Origin: an uncultured delta proteobacterium
GTDB taxonomy: Bacteria; Desulfobacterota; Binatia; Binatales; Binataceae
Length of the DNA: 64,000 nt
Direction of reading: 5' to 3'
Assembly (NCBI GenBank): GCA_963724765.1
Contig: CAVRVY010000003.1
Span: 672,001-736,000 of the forward strand
This document shows positions 52,268 through 61,819 of this stretch, piece after piece. Positions within the stretch are counted from its first letter, which is position 1, and every line of letters starts with the position of its first letter. The notes below the pieces were generated by a model that ran no database searches, was not told where the DNA came from, and saw only the letters and a program-made list of their open reading frames with translations. Made by a program: the position numbers and the translations under genes.

Positions 52268-52429
52268 TTTCGATGTTCCCTCCCTGACTGATGACCATTT
52301 GCGAAAGCGAAAAAGTGAATGAGTGGAAAAAGTGAAAACTGAAAAAAAGAAACTCGTGCGGCGGACTCTTCAGCCGCGCGGTTTCTCCAAGCAGGCGCTT
52401 TTACAGGTAGGTTCGTCTATATTTCGGTA

Positions 52430-52588
52430 AATCGATTGATTTACACGAATAATAGGTAAAAAAAAGGCGAATATAGATTCAGGGGAATCAAGAATCATGC
52501 AATTCAGGTCCCATATTGATGGCGAGTCGGCGAGCAGCTGATTATTTTTGAACATATTGCATTTAATCGATTGATTTACTCGATTAAT
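52430..52588. promoter_or_regulatory. Two copies of a putative Rrf2-type operator
   Basis: AATCGATTGATTTAC(A/T)CGA(A/T)TAAT at 52430-52453 and 52565-52588; the second forms TTAATCGA-N9-TCGATTAA. Confidence 0.6.
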
Positions 52589-52671
52589 GTCGAAACCTAT
52601 CGACGCAATCCTCCGATGTCAAGTCCATGTGAGATGTTCTGCTTTCGCGATGCGCCCGGGGCGTGCCCGAA

Positions 52672-53130
52672 CTAGATCGAAAAGCTCAGCGATTCGCGGC
52701 CGGTCGCCGCGGTTTGCGAGCGCCTCAGTACGTCTTCGAGCGTGGTGGAATCGAGGATGGCGGCGATTGCGTCACGCACTTCCTTCATCAAAATTCTGAC
52801 TCCGCAGGTGCGCTCGTCGACGCATTCCTCGCATTTCTGGTAAGCGGTCCGGCTGGCGCATGGCAGCGGCGCCAGCGGCCCCTCCAGAATTCTCAGTACC
52901 TGGCCGATCGAGATATTTCCCGGCGGCTTGCTGAGCAGGTAGCCGCCGCCCTTGCCTTTGCGGCTATGGAGCACGCCGCGATTTTTCAGCTCGAGGAGAA
53001 TCAGTTCCAGAAATCTGCGCGGGATCTTCTCACGCGCCGCGATATCCGAAATCAGCACCGGCCCATGGCCGTGCTCCTGAGCGAGAACCATCAGCGCCTT
53101 GAGCGCGTATTTGGACTTCTGCGAAAGCAT
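52672..53130 (-). CDS. Rrf2-family transcriptional regulator
   Basis: KYAL.AL, IP..FLE.IL..L, S.KG.GGGY.L, LEGPLAPLPC with Cys cluster. Confidence 0.93.
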   Translation of the reverse strand: MLSQKSKYALKALMVLAQEHGHGPVLISDIAAREKIPRRFLELILLELKNRGVLHSRKGKGGGYLLSKPPGNISIGQVLRILEGPLAPLPCASRTAYQKCEECVDERTCGVRILMKEVRDAIAAILDSTTLEDVLRRSQTAATGRESLSFSI

Positions 53131-53313
53131 CGCTCAAAATGACCTAAGCAATTAACCCCAAGCAAATACTAAAGTCGATAAACCCGAGCGTCTGACCGAC
53201 TTCTATTTTGCACCTTCTTTGTGACTTCGACAAATCACCATTCGACCCCACCAGCGCGCGCGCCCCAAACGTACCTTTGCCCGGACCTATTCATATGAGT
53301 AGGCTTGCTTTTT

Positions 53314-54723
53314 ATGGATAAGACGGCCATCCAGACCTACGTCGAGCGGCTGTGGGATCAATCGATCCTGCCCGAATTGACCGAATACATTCGCATCCCC
53401 AACAAGTCGCCGGCTTTCGATCCTGAATGGCGCGCGCATGGGCACATGGACCAGGTGGTCGCACGCTTCACCGAGTGGGCAAAGCGCCAACCGATCAAGG
53501 GCCTGGCTCTGGAAGTGATGCAGCTGGAGGGCCGCACGCCGCTTCTGTTCATCGATATTCCGGGGGCCTCGCCCGAGTGCGTGCTGCTTTATGGGCACAT
53601 GGACAAGCAGCCGGAGATGACCGGATGGAGCCCAGGTCTGGGAGCGTGGCAGCCGGTGCTAAGGGACGAACGCCTTTACGGACGTGGCGCGGCGGACGAC
53701 GGCTATGCGATGTTCGCGTGCCTGGCGGCGATCGGCGCGCTCCAGGCCCAGTCGATCCCGCACGCGCGCTGCGTGATTCTGATCGAGGCCTGCGAGGAAA
53801 GCGGCAGCTTCGACCTGCCGTTCTACATCGATCATCTGGGCGAACGTATCGGCAAACCGAGCCTCGTGATTGCGCTGGACTCCGGCTGCGCCAACTACGA
53901 ACAGTTGTGGTGTACGACCTCGCTGCGGGGGCTCGCGGGCGGGACGCTCAAGGTCGAGGTGCTCACCGAGGGGGTTCATTCGGGTGACGCCGGCGGCGTC
54001 GTTCCCGACAGCTTCCGCATCGTGCGCCAGTTGCTGAGCCGCCTGGAGGACGAAGCGACGGGCCAAGTGCTGCCGGAGGAGTTTCACGTACAGATTCCCG
54101 AGGCCCGCCGACAGCAGGCCGTGGCGGCCGGCGCCGCGCTGGGCGAGAGTCTCTACACCAAGTTTCCGTTGACGCCGGGCACGCAACCGCTGAGCACGAA
54201 TCCAACCGAGTTGATTCTGAATCGCACCTGGCGCCCGGCGCTCTCGATTATCGGCGCCGACGGTCTGCCGCCGCCGGCGAGCGCGGGCAACGTGATGCGT
54301 CCGATGACCGCGGTAAAACTCTCGCTGCGGCTGCCGCCAACCTGCGACGGGCAGGCGGCGACGCGCAAGCTGCGAAGCCTGATGGATCAGAACCCGCCCG
54401 GCGGCGCGCGCGTGAGCTTCGAGGGCAACTGGGCGGCCAGCGGCTGGGATGCGCCGGCGCTGGCGCCGTGGCTCGAGCAATCGCTGGAGGAGGCGTCGCA
54501 AGCCTATTTTGGCAAGCCGGCCGCGTACATGGGCGAAGGCGGAACCATCCCGTTCACCAACATGCTGGGCGAGCGTTTTCCCGAGGCGCAATTTCTGGTC
54601 ACCGGGGTGTTGGGCCCGCACGCGAACGCGCACGGCCCCAACGAGTTTCTCCATGTACCCACCGGCAAGCGGGTCACCTGCTGCGTGGCCAAGGTGATCG
54701 CGGATCATTTTCGTCGTCGCTAA
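53314..54723 (+). CDS. M20-family metallopeptidase
   Basis: YGHMDKQP, GRGAADDG, CEESGS, VHSG, NAHGPNE. Confidence 0.92.
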   Translation: MDKTAIQTYVERLWDQSILPELTEYIRIPNKSPAFDPEWRAHGHMDQVVARFTEWAKRQPIKGLALEVMQLEGRTPLLFIDIPGASPECVLLYGHMDKQPEMTGWSPGLGAWQPVLRDERLYGRGAADDGYAMFACLAAIGALQAQSIPHARCVILIEACEESGSFDLPFYIDHLGERIGKPSLVIALDSGCANYEQLWCTTSLRGLAGGTLKVEVLTEGVHSGDAGGVVPDSFRIVRQLLSRLEDEATGQVLPEEFHVQIPEARRQQAVAAGAALGESLYTKFPLTPGTQPLSTNPTELILNRTWRPALSIIGADGLPPPASAGNVMRPMTAVKLSLRLPPTCDGQAATRKLRSLMDQNPPGGARVSFEGNWAASGWDAPALAPWLEQSLEEASQAYFGKPAAYMGEGGTIPFTNMLGERFPEAQFLVTGVLGPHANAHGPNEFLHVPTGKRVTCCVAKVIADHFRRR

Positions 54724-54925
54724 GCTCGCCGACGACCTACGCATTACGGCCATTGTCCGACGACGGGGCGATGACGCGGCCGCGGGAACCGTGAGACGCC
54801 GGCACATGTCGGCGCTACGGTTTGCCGCGCTTCCTGCGAGACGGTATATGAATCGTGCGACTGCGTGCGATCGCGTGCTATTGAAACTCCGCTCCGCTCC
54901 AAAATAAAAATGCTCGTGCAGGAGA

Positions 54926-56659
54926 ATGAACATGGCCGGGGCTATTAACAGATCCTCCGAAAGCGCGGCATCTGGCGCGGCCGCCGACGCTGGCCCGAAG
55001 ATTTCGGGTGGCAACCTGGTTGCCAAGGCGCTCAAGAACGAAGGCGTCGAAGCCATCTTCACGCTGTGCGGTGGCCATATCATCGACATCTACGACGGCT
55101 GCCTGAACGAGGGCATCAAGATTATCGACGTGCGCCACGAGCAGGTCGCGGCTCATGCCGCCGACGGCTACTGGCGCATCACCGGCAAGACGGGATGCGC
55201 GGTGGTCACGGCGGGCCCGGGCACGACCGACGCGATGACTGGCGTCGCCAACGCGTTCCGCGCCGAGAGCGCGATGCTGTTAATCGGCGGCCAGGGTCCG
55301 CTCGCGCAACATCGGATGGGCTCGCTGCAGGACTTACCGCACGTCGACATGATGCAGCCGATTACCAAGTTCGCGGCGACGGTGCCCACCACCGAACGAA
55401 TCGCCGACATGGTTAGCATGGCGTTTCGCGAATGCTACAACGGCGCGCCCGGACCGTCATTCCTGGAGATACCGCGCGACGTGCTCGATGCGCGCGTCGA
55501 TCTCGCCAGGACGCGCATCCCGGCCGCCAATCACTATCGTGCGTCGACCAAAAGCGCCGGCGATCCGCGCGATGTCGAGCGTCTCGCCGACATCCTGGTG
55601 AAATCGGCGCGCCCCTGCGTGCTGCTCGGCACCCAGGTCTGGAGCTGCCGGGCGGGCGCCGCGGCGATCGATTTCTGCCGGCGGCTCAATATTCCGGCTT
55701 ACATGAATGGCGCGGCGCGCGGGACTTTCGCGCCCGGCGACCCGCATCACTTTCATCAGACCCGTGGCTACGCCTTCGAGAAAGCCGACACTATCGTGAT
55801 CATCGGCACGCCGTTCGACTTCCGGATGGGCTACGGGCGCAGGCTGCGCGCCGACGCGACGGTGGTGCAGATCGATCTCGACTACCGCACCGTCGGCAAG
55901 AACCGCGACATCTCGCTGGGCATCGTCGGCGACGCCGGCGCGATCCTGTCCGCCGCGACCGAGGCTGCGAGCGGACGCGTCGACAATGGCGCGCGGCGGC
56001 GCGACGGATGGCTCAGCGAGTTGCGCGAGCAGGAGAACAAAAGCGCCGAGGCGATGCGCCCGCGGCTACTCTCCGACGCGAGCCCGATTCATCCGCTGCG
56101 CCTGGCGCACGAGATAAACCAGTTCCTGACCGAAAACTCGATCTTCATCGGCGACGGCGGCGACGTGGTCACTTTCTCGGGCGGTGTGATCCAGCCCAAG
56201 GCTCCCGGTCATTGGATGGATCCCGGACCGCTCGGCACGCTGGGCGTCGGCACGCCGTTCGCGCTGGCGGCGAAGCTTGCGCGGCCGGAAAAGGAAGTCG
56301 TCTGCCTGTTCGGCGACGGCGCGTTCGGACTGACCGGATGGGACTTTGAGACCTGCGTACGTTACGGACTGCCCTTCATCGGAGTGGTCGGCAACAACTC
56401 GCACATGAACCAGATTCGTTACGGGCAGACGTCGAAGTACGGCAAGACGCGCGGCGAGGTCGCAAATTACCTCGGCGACGTGCACTTCGAGCAGTTCGCC
56501 AAGATGCTCGGCGGCTATGGCGAAGAGGTCCGCGAGGCTAAGGATATCGGGCCGGCGCTCCGGCGCGCGCGTGAGTCCGGAAAATGCGCGCTCATTAATG
56601 TGTGGATCGATCCCGATGTTTACGCGCCGGGGACGATGAACCAGACAATGTATAAGTAA
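54926..56659 (+). CDS. ThDP-dependent enzyme, probable oxalyl-CoA decarboxylase-like
   Basis: DVRHEQ, TAGPG, GDGAFG...GNN ThDP motif; adjacent to frc. Confidence 0.8.
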   Translation: MNMAGAINRSSESAASGAAADAGPKISGGNLVAKALKNEGVEAIFTLCGGHIIDIYDGCLNEGIKIIDVRHEQVAAHAADGYWRITGKTGCAVVTAGPGTTDAMTGVANAFRAESAMLLIGGQGPLAQHRMGSLQDLPHVDMMQPITKFAATVPTTERIADMVSMAFRECYNGAPGPSFLEIPRDVLDARVDLARTRIPAANHYRASTKSAGDPRDVERLADILVKSARPCVLLGTQVWSCRAGAAAIDFCRRLNIPAYMNGAARGTFAPGDPHHFHQTRGYAFEKADTIVIIGTPFDFRMGYGRRLRADATVVQIDLDYRTVGKNRDISLGIVGDAGAILSAATEAASGRVDNGARRRDGWLSELREQENKSAEAMRPRLLSDASPIHPLRLAHEINQFLTENSIFIGDGGDVVTFSGGVIQPKAPGHWMDPGPLGTLGVGTPFALAAKLARPEKEVVCLFGDGAFGLTGWDFETCVRYGLPFIGVVGNNSHMNQIRYGQTSKYGKTRGEVANYLGDVHFEQFAKMLGGYGEEVREAKDIGPALRRARESGKCALINVWIDPDVYAPGTMNQTMYK

Positions 56660-56689
56660 TGAGGAAGCCAGCAAGTAGTGAGGAATTAG

Positions 56690-57922
56690 ATGGACAAGGC
56701 GCTCTCGGGTGTGCGGATCCTGGATATGACCCACGTGCAGTCGGGCCCGAGCTGCACGCAGTTGCTGGCGTGGCTCGGCGCGGACGTGATCAAGTTGGAA
56801 TTGCCCGGCCGCGGCGACATCACGCGCGGGCAGCTTCGCGACGTGCCGGACGTCGACAGCCTGTACTTCACGATGCTCAATTGCAACAAGCGCAGTATCA
56901 CACTGAATATCAAGTCGGCGAAGGGCAAGCATATCCTGGACGAACTGATTAAACGCGCCGACATACTGGCCGAAAACTTCGGCCCCGGCGCGCTCGATCG
57001 CGAGGGCTTCACTTGGGAGCGTATTCGCGAGCTCAACCCGCGCCTCATCTTCGCCTCGATCAAGGGTTTCGGCCCCGGCCCATTTGAGGATTGCAAAGCC
57101 TACGAGACCATCGCGCAGGCGATGGGCGGTTCGATGAGCACTACTGGATTTGAGGACGGACCGCCGACCAGCACCGGCGCGCAAATCGGCGACACCGGCA
57201 CCGGAATGCATTTGGCGGCGGCGATTCTCGCCGCGCTCTACCAACGCACCCGCACCGGACGGGGCCAGCGCGTCGAGGTCGCGATGCAGGACTCGGTACT
57301 CAACCTGTGCCGGGTAAAGCTTCGCGACCAGCAACGGATCAAGCATGGGCCGCTGACGGAGTATCCCAACCGCACCTTCGGCGACGAAGTGCCGCGCTCG
57401 GGCAATGCGTCGGGCGGCGGCCAACCGGGCGCCGCGCTGCGCTGCGCACCGGGCGGCCCGAATGACTATTGTTACGTGATCATTCAGCCGCAGATCTGGA
57501 CCGCGCTCGCACGCATCGCCGGCCGCCCTGAACTTGCCGACGACTCGGCCTACGCCACGCCCGAGGCCCGCATCAAGCACCTCGACGAAGTCTTCGGCGC
57601 GATCGAGCAGTGGACGATGCGCCATACGAAGCACGATGTCATGCGCACGCTGATGGAGGCCGACGTTCCGTGCGGGCCAATCCTTTCGATGAAGGACTTG
57701 ATCGAGGACCCGGCGCTCGCCAGGCGCGGGATAGTCGCCGACGTCGAGCATCCGCAGCGCGGCACCTTCAAGACCGTCGGCTGCCCGCTGGCATTGTCCG
57801 ATAGTCCGGTCGAGATAACCTCGTCACCGCTGCTCGGGGAGCATACCGCCGGCATATTGCGCGAAGTGCTAGGATGCGATGACGCGGAGTTGGAACAGCT
57901 ACGCGCCGAAGGCGTTATCTGA
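56690..57922 (+). CDS. frc: Formyl-CoA:oxalate CoA-transferase
   Basis: [53 protein letters not shown]. Confidence 0.9.
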   Translation: MDKALSGVRILDMTHVQSGPSCTQLLAWLGADVIKLELPGRGDITRGQLRDVPDVDSLYFTMLNCNKRSITLNIKSAKGKHILDELIKRADILAENFGPGALDREGFTWERIRELNPRLIFASIKGFGPGPFEDCKAYETIAQAMGGSMSTTGFEDGPPTSTGAQIGDTGTGMHLAAAILAALYQRTRTGRGQRVEVAMQDSVLNLCRVKLRDQQRIKHGPLTEYPNRTFGDEVPRSGNASGGGQPGAALRCAPGGPNDYCYVIIQPQIWTALARIAGRPELADDSAYATPEARIKHLDEVFGAIEQWTMRHTKHDVMRTLMEADVPCGPILSMKDLIEDPALARRGIVADVEHPQRGTFKTVGCPLALSDSPVEITSSPLLGEHTAGILREVLGCDDAELEQLRAEGVI

Positions 57923-57952
57923 TCACGCAACTCACGCCGGCCAACGCGCGCC

Positions 57953-58621
57953 TCACCTGACCCGATCCGGCGTGGCCGATGGCGGCGCGCCGGCCGCGTC
58001 GAGGCCCAAGTGCTGGCGTGTGAGTTCGGCCAGCGCGCGAGCCGCCGGATCGGAACTCCTTTCGAGGCGCTCGACCGTGCCGATTCGGTCCTCCACGGGC
58101 CGATTCTGTCCCATTTTGAACTTGCCCTCGATTCGATCGATCTCGATCGCGAAGCCGACGATCGCTTTGAGCATCGATGCCTTGAAGTCCGCGGGCAACG
58201 TGCCCGGCCACGGCTGCGGCATTCCCGCTTCGTAGATGCGGACTAATCTGTCGACCAGCGCAGCGAGCTGTTCCGCATCATGGATCGCACGGGGAATCCC
58301 GTAGACGTGCACGGTCGCGTAGTTCCAGGTCGGAACTGCGGGCGAGGTTGCGTACCAGCTCGGCGAGACATAGGCGTGCGGCCCGTCGAATATCACCAGG
58401 CATTGCCGATTGGCGTTGAAGGAGCGCCATTGCGGATTGGCGCGTGCGACGTGGCCGAGCAGCGTTCCGTGCCGGCCGCCGCTCCGATCGAGAATCAGCG
58501 GAAGGCGCGTCGCGATTGGCTGCTCGCCGGCAACCGTGACAAGTGTTCCAAAGCTGTAGGTCTCGATGAACTCGTGGAGCGTCGAGAAGTCCGTGACCTC
58601 GAACAATTTGGGTATATACAT
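57953..58621 (-). CDS. FMN-binding PaiB-family protein
   Basis: MYIP..F, GHVARANPQ, GPHAYVSPSWY, VPTWNY, GKFK.GQNR. Confidence 0.9.
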   Translation of the reverse strand: MYIPKLFEVTDFSTLHEFIETYSFGTLVTVAGEQPIATRLPLILDRSGGRHGTLLGHVARANPQWRSFNANRQCLVIFDGPHAYVSPSWYATSPAVPTWNYATVHVYGIPRAIHDAEQLAALVDRLVRIYEAGMPQPWPGTLPADFKASMLKAIVGFAIEIDRIEGKFKMGQNRPVEDRIGTVERLERSSDPAARALAELTRQHLGLDAAGAPPSATPDRVR

Positions 58622-58748
58622 CCGCGGGTCTCCCGGCCGATGGCCTCGGCACAAGTAGACTCGCGAAAGCTCCGGCATTCAATGGCGCCAGCCATGCGCC
58701 TGCCGCGGGCCATCGAAACAGGCCCAACCGCGCGCGCCGGCTGCTGAC

Positions 58749-59843
58749 TCAGGAATTCGCCGCGCCGTGACCGTTGCGCATCGAATAGCAGCGCGGCAGT
58801 ATCGCCCAGAATATGCTTCCCTTGCCGGGCTCGCTGGTGACCCCGACGCTGCCGCCCTGGGCTTCGACGATGCGCCGGGTTAGCGCCAGGCCGAGACCGG
58901 TGCCCTGATGCCGCCTGCTGGAAGATGAATCGAGCTGGTGGAATTCGATGAAGAGCTTCTTCAAATTCTCGGCGCGGATACCTTCGCCGTTGTCTTCGAC
59001 CTCGAGACGAAACCAGTCATTGCCGTCGGAGCGCATCCGAATCGTCACGCGCGTACCATTACCGCTGAACTTAATCGCATTCGATACGTAGTTGTACAAA
59101 ACCTGCCGCAGCTTGGCGGAATCGAGTACCACCTGGCCCAGCTCCGGCGCGACTTCGGCGTCGACCCTGATGTTCTTCTGTGCGGCCACGGCGCGCAGAA
59201 CCCCGCGGACCTCCTCGACCAGCGGCCCCGGCTCCACAGACTCGGGCGTGAATTCCATATTCCCCGATTCGACCTTCGCGAGGTCGAGCACATTATTGAT
59301 GAGGCTCAACAGGTGGCGCGCGCTCGAGAGAATGTCGCCCAGGCTCTGTTTGTATTCGGCGGTAGCCGGATCGATCCCTCCCGAGTAAAGCAATTGGCTA
59401 AAGCCGATGATGCCGTTGAGCGGCGTGCGCAACTCGTGCGACATGTTCGCCACGAAGGCGGACTTGAGCCTTGACCCTTCCAGGGCCTCGTCGCGCGTCC
59501 GCGCCAGCTCGACCTGCGCATCCTCAAGTTTCCGATTTGCATTTTCGAGCCGTGCCTGAGTTGGGACGCCGACCGCCCTGGCCACCAACGGAATCAGCGT
59601 AACGGCGCAGGCGAGCGCGGCAATCACAGTCACGGCCTTGGCCACGCCGGCCACCCAGTGGGTCGGGTACCAAACCGTCAGCAAGTCGAGTACTTGAGTA
59701 GTGCCGCAGGCGAGAACGAGGATTACGAACATCCAGAAGATCGAACGAAACGGGATGTCACGCCGCTTGCTGATGAAGTCGATCAACAACAGCGCAATTG
59801 AGTAATAGGCCAGCGCGACTATCGAATCCGATATTACGTACAC
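58749..59843 (-). CDS. Sensor histidine kinase with an ethylene-receptor-like 3-TM input domain
   Basis: SD...ALAY.SI...CGTT N-terminus; H-box MSHELRTPLN, NAIKF, DNG.GI, GTGLGL. Confidence 0.85.
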   Translation of the reverse strand: MYVISDSIVALAYYSIALLLIDFISKRRDIPFRSIFWMFVILVLACGTTQVLDLLTVWYPTHWVAGVAKAVTVIAALACAVTLIPLVARAVGVPTQARLENANRKLEDAQVELARTRDEALEGSRLKSAFVANMSHELRTPLNGIIGFSQLLYSGGIDPATAEYKQSLGDILSSARHLLSLINNVLDLAKVESGNMEFTPESVEPGPLVEEVRGVLRAVAAQKNIRVDAEVAPELGQVVLDSAKLRQVLYNYVSNAIKFSGNGTRVTIRMRSDGNDWFRLEVEDNGEGIRAENLKKLFIEFHQLDSSSSRRHQGTGLGLALTRRIVEAQGGSVGVTSEPGKGSIFWAILPRCYSMRNGHGAANS

Positions 59844-60119
59844 CAGCTTGCACGCCTAACTCTGAAGATTCCTAGAATGAAGAGTCGCCAGATTAACAGG
59901 CTTCGCTCGCCCGAGGAGTTCGATCGCACCGCAGACTATGAACGCTTCACATCCTGAGACAGCGAGAGTTCACTTCTATCGCTTGACGGCCATTCAAGCG
60001 AGCGAAGATCGGTCGCCTGCGGTACCAGAAGGGAGCATGCGGGAGACTGACGTGATTGGCTTGCCGCAAGCGCAACAATCGCTACGATGCACCGCGACGC
60101 CTCGATCTCGCAGGCTGCC

Positions 60120-60572
60120 TCAAAACAGCGCCGCTCCCGATTTGAGGTCGGAAACCTTGACCTCGACCTTGGAGGCGTCCTCGTGATGGGGCAGGCTGAC
60201 CGGCACACACGAGGCTTCGCCCTTCGTCATGTGATCGATTGGATAGCGGTTGCCGCAGAGCCGGCAGATCAGCATGCCGTGCGCGATGTCGTAGCCCTGG
60301 TGGAACTTGTAACACTGACGGCAGGCGTCGAAGACCGCGCTAACCTTGCCGTCGTTGCCGCGCGCGAGGAGAAAGCGCAACCGCTCGCCGGCCCGGTCGC
60401 GATAACAGAACAGATGCGCCTCACCGCTCTCCAGTTGCGCCATCGAGACCCTCAGCGTCTCGGCGCCCCGCAGCTCGGTGCAGCGTGGATGCAATACTGG
60501 GATCGCGGCCACGATCGCGACCGCCGCGAGAAGCGTTCCGACGGCGAGTTTTTTTGACCCAATCCTTCGCAT
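60120..60572 (-). CDS. DUF2318-like membrane Fe-S protein
   Basis: FDACRQC, ICRLCG, SCVP; N-terminal TM helix. Confidence 0.8.
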   Translation of the reverse strand: MRRIGSKKLAVGTLLAAVAIVAAIPVLHPRCTELRGAETLRVSMAQLESGEAHLFCYRDRAGERLRFLLARGNDGKVSAVFDACRQCYKFHQGYDIAHGMLICRLCGNRYPIDHMTKGEASCVPVSLPHHEDASKVEVKVSDLKSGAALF

Positions 60573-60762
60573 CGCCTACCCTCCGAGGGTTAATCGCCGC
60601 GAGGATAAATGCAAGCCGAGATTAACCCTGCCCGGCGCGTTTGGGGTCCGGACCCCGGTTCGCACTATACTGCGTTTCGAGACGCGCGCGCCGAAGCGGC
60701 GAACTGGCCACTGGACAGGCTCGCGTTAATGCAACGAACCCCGCAAGGAGGAAACGTCACCG

Positions 60763-61704
60763 ATGCGCCTGGTCACATTCGAGGATGAAACCAAACGCCA
60801 TCGCCTCGGCGCCGTCGCCAACGGTCTGGTGGTCGATCTCAACGCAGCCTATCGCGCGCTGCTGGAGGAGCGTGGCGAGCGCCGCGCGGGTGAACTGGCT
60901 ATCGAGGCCGTGCCGCCCGAGATGTTAGCCTTCCTTGAGGCCGGCGAGCGCGCGATGAACGCGGCCAAGGATGCGCTTGAGCTGGTCGCACGCCTGGGCG
61001 CCGACGGCGCGCGCGAGCGCGGGCTGGCACGCCGCGCCGAGTCGGTCCGCGTGCGAGCGCCGGTGCCACGCCCTACCAAGTTCATTCTGGTGGGACTCAA
61101 CTACCGCGATCACGCCGAAGAGGCCGGGTTTAAAATCCCCGAGGTGCCGACCTTCTTCTCCAAGTATTCCAACTGCGTGATCGGACCGGGCGACGCGATC
61201 AAAATTCCCAAGGTCTCCGCGATGATTGACTACGAGGGCGAGTACGCCTTCGTCATCGGGCGCGCCGGCCGCGACATCCCGCCCGATCGCGCGATGGAGT
61301 ACGTGGCCGGCTATACCATCGTGAATGATGTGAGCTGCCGCGATTACCAGATGAAGACCGGTCAATGGATGATCGGCAAGACCTTCGACACCTTCGCCCC
61401 GATGGGGCCGTACCTGGTGACGCGGGACGAAATCGCCGATCCGCATAACCTCGAGATTTCGCTCTATCTCAACGGCCAGCGCATGCAACACTCCAACACC
61501 AGCAACCTGATCTTCAAGACCGGCTACCTGATCGCGTTTCTCTCCCAGGTCTTCACGTTCGAGCCCGGCGACGTGGTCTCGACCGGCACGCCGGCCGGCG
61601 TCGGCTATGCGCGCAAGCCGCCGGTCTTCATGAAGCCGGGCGACCGGGTGCGGATCGAGATCGAAGGGCTGGGCGCGCTGGAGAATCCGATCGAGGCCGC
61701 TTAG
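60763..61704 (+). CDS. Fumarylacetoacetate hydrolase-family protein
   Basis: GLNYRDHA.E, DYEGE, NDVS.RD, GKTFDTF.P.GP, STGTPAGVG. Confidence 0.93.
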   Translation: MRLVTFEDETKRHRLGAVANGLVVDLNAAYRALLEERGERRAGELAIEAVPPEMLAFLEAGERAMNAAKDALELVARLGADGARERGLARRAESVRVRAPVPRPTKFILVGLNYRDHAEEAGFKIPEVPTFFSKYSNCVIGPGDAIKIPKVSAMIDYEGEYAFVIGRAGRDIPPDRAMEYVAGYTIVNDVSCRDYQMKTGQWMIGKTFDTFAPMGPYLVTRDEIADPHNLEISLYLNGQRMQHSNTSNLIFKTGYLIAFLSQVFTFEPGDVVSTGTPAGVGYARKPPVFMKPGDRVRIEIEGLGALENPIEAA

Positions 61705-61819
61705 CGGCGGTGCGCTCGGCGATCTCGCCAGGGAAACAAATCTGATGGATTGAACACCGCGATCGAAACCGGCTGGCGCGCCGTCAGGTCCGCCACGGCG
61801 CGCGCTCACAGGGGGGAAC

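Noticed and set aside
54780-54830. Long GC-rich hairpin upstream of the ThDP enzyme gene as a TPP riboswitch
   Set aside because: Lacks a recognisable TPP riboswitch consensus; may be a terminator-like or chance structure
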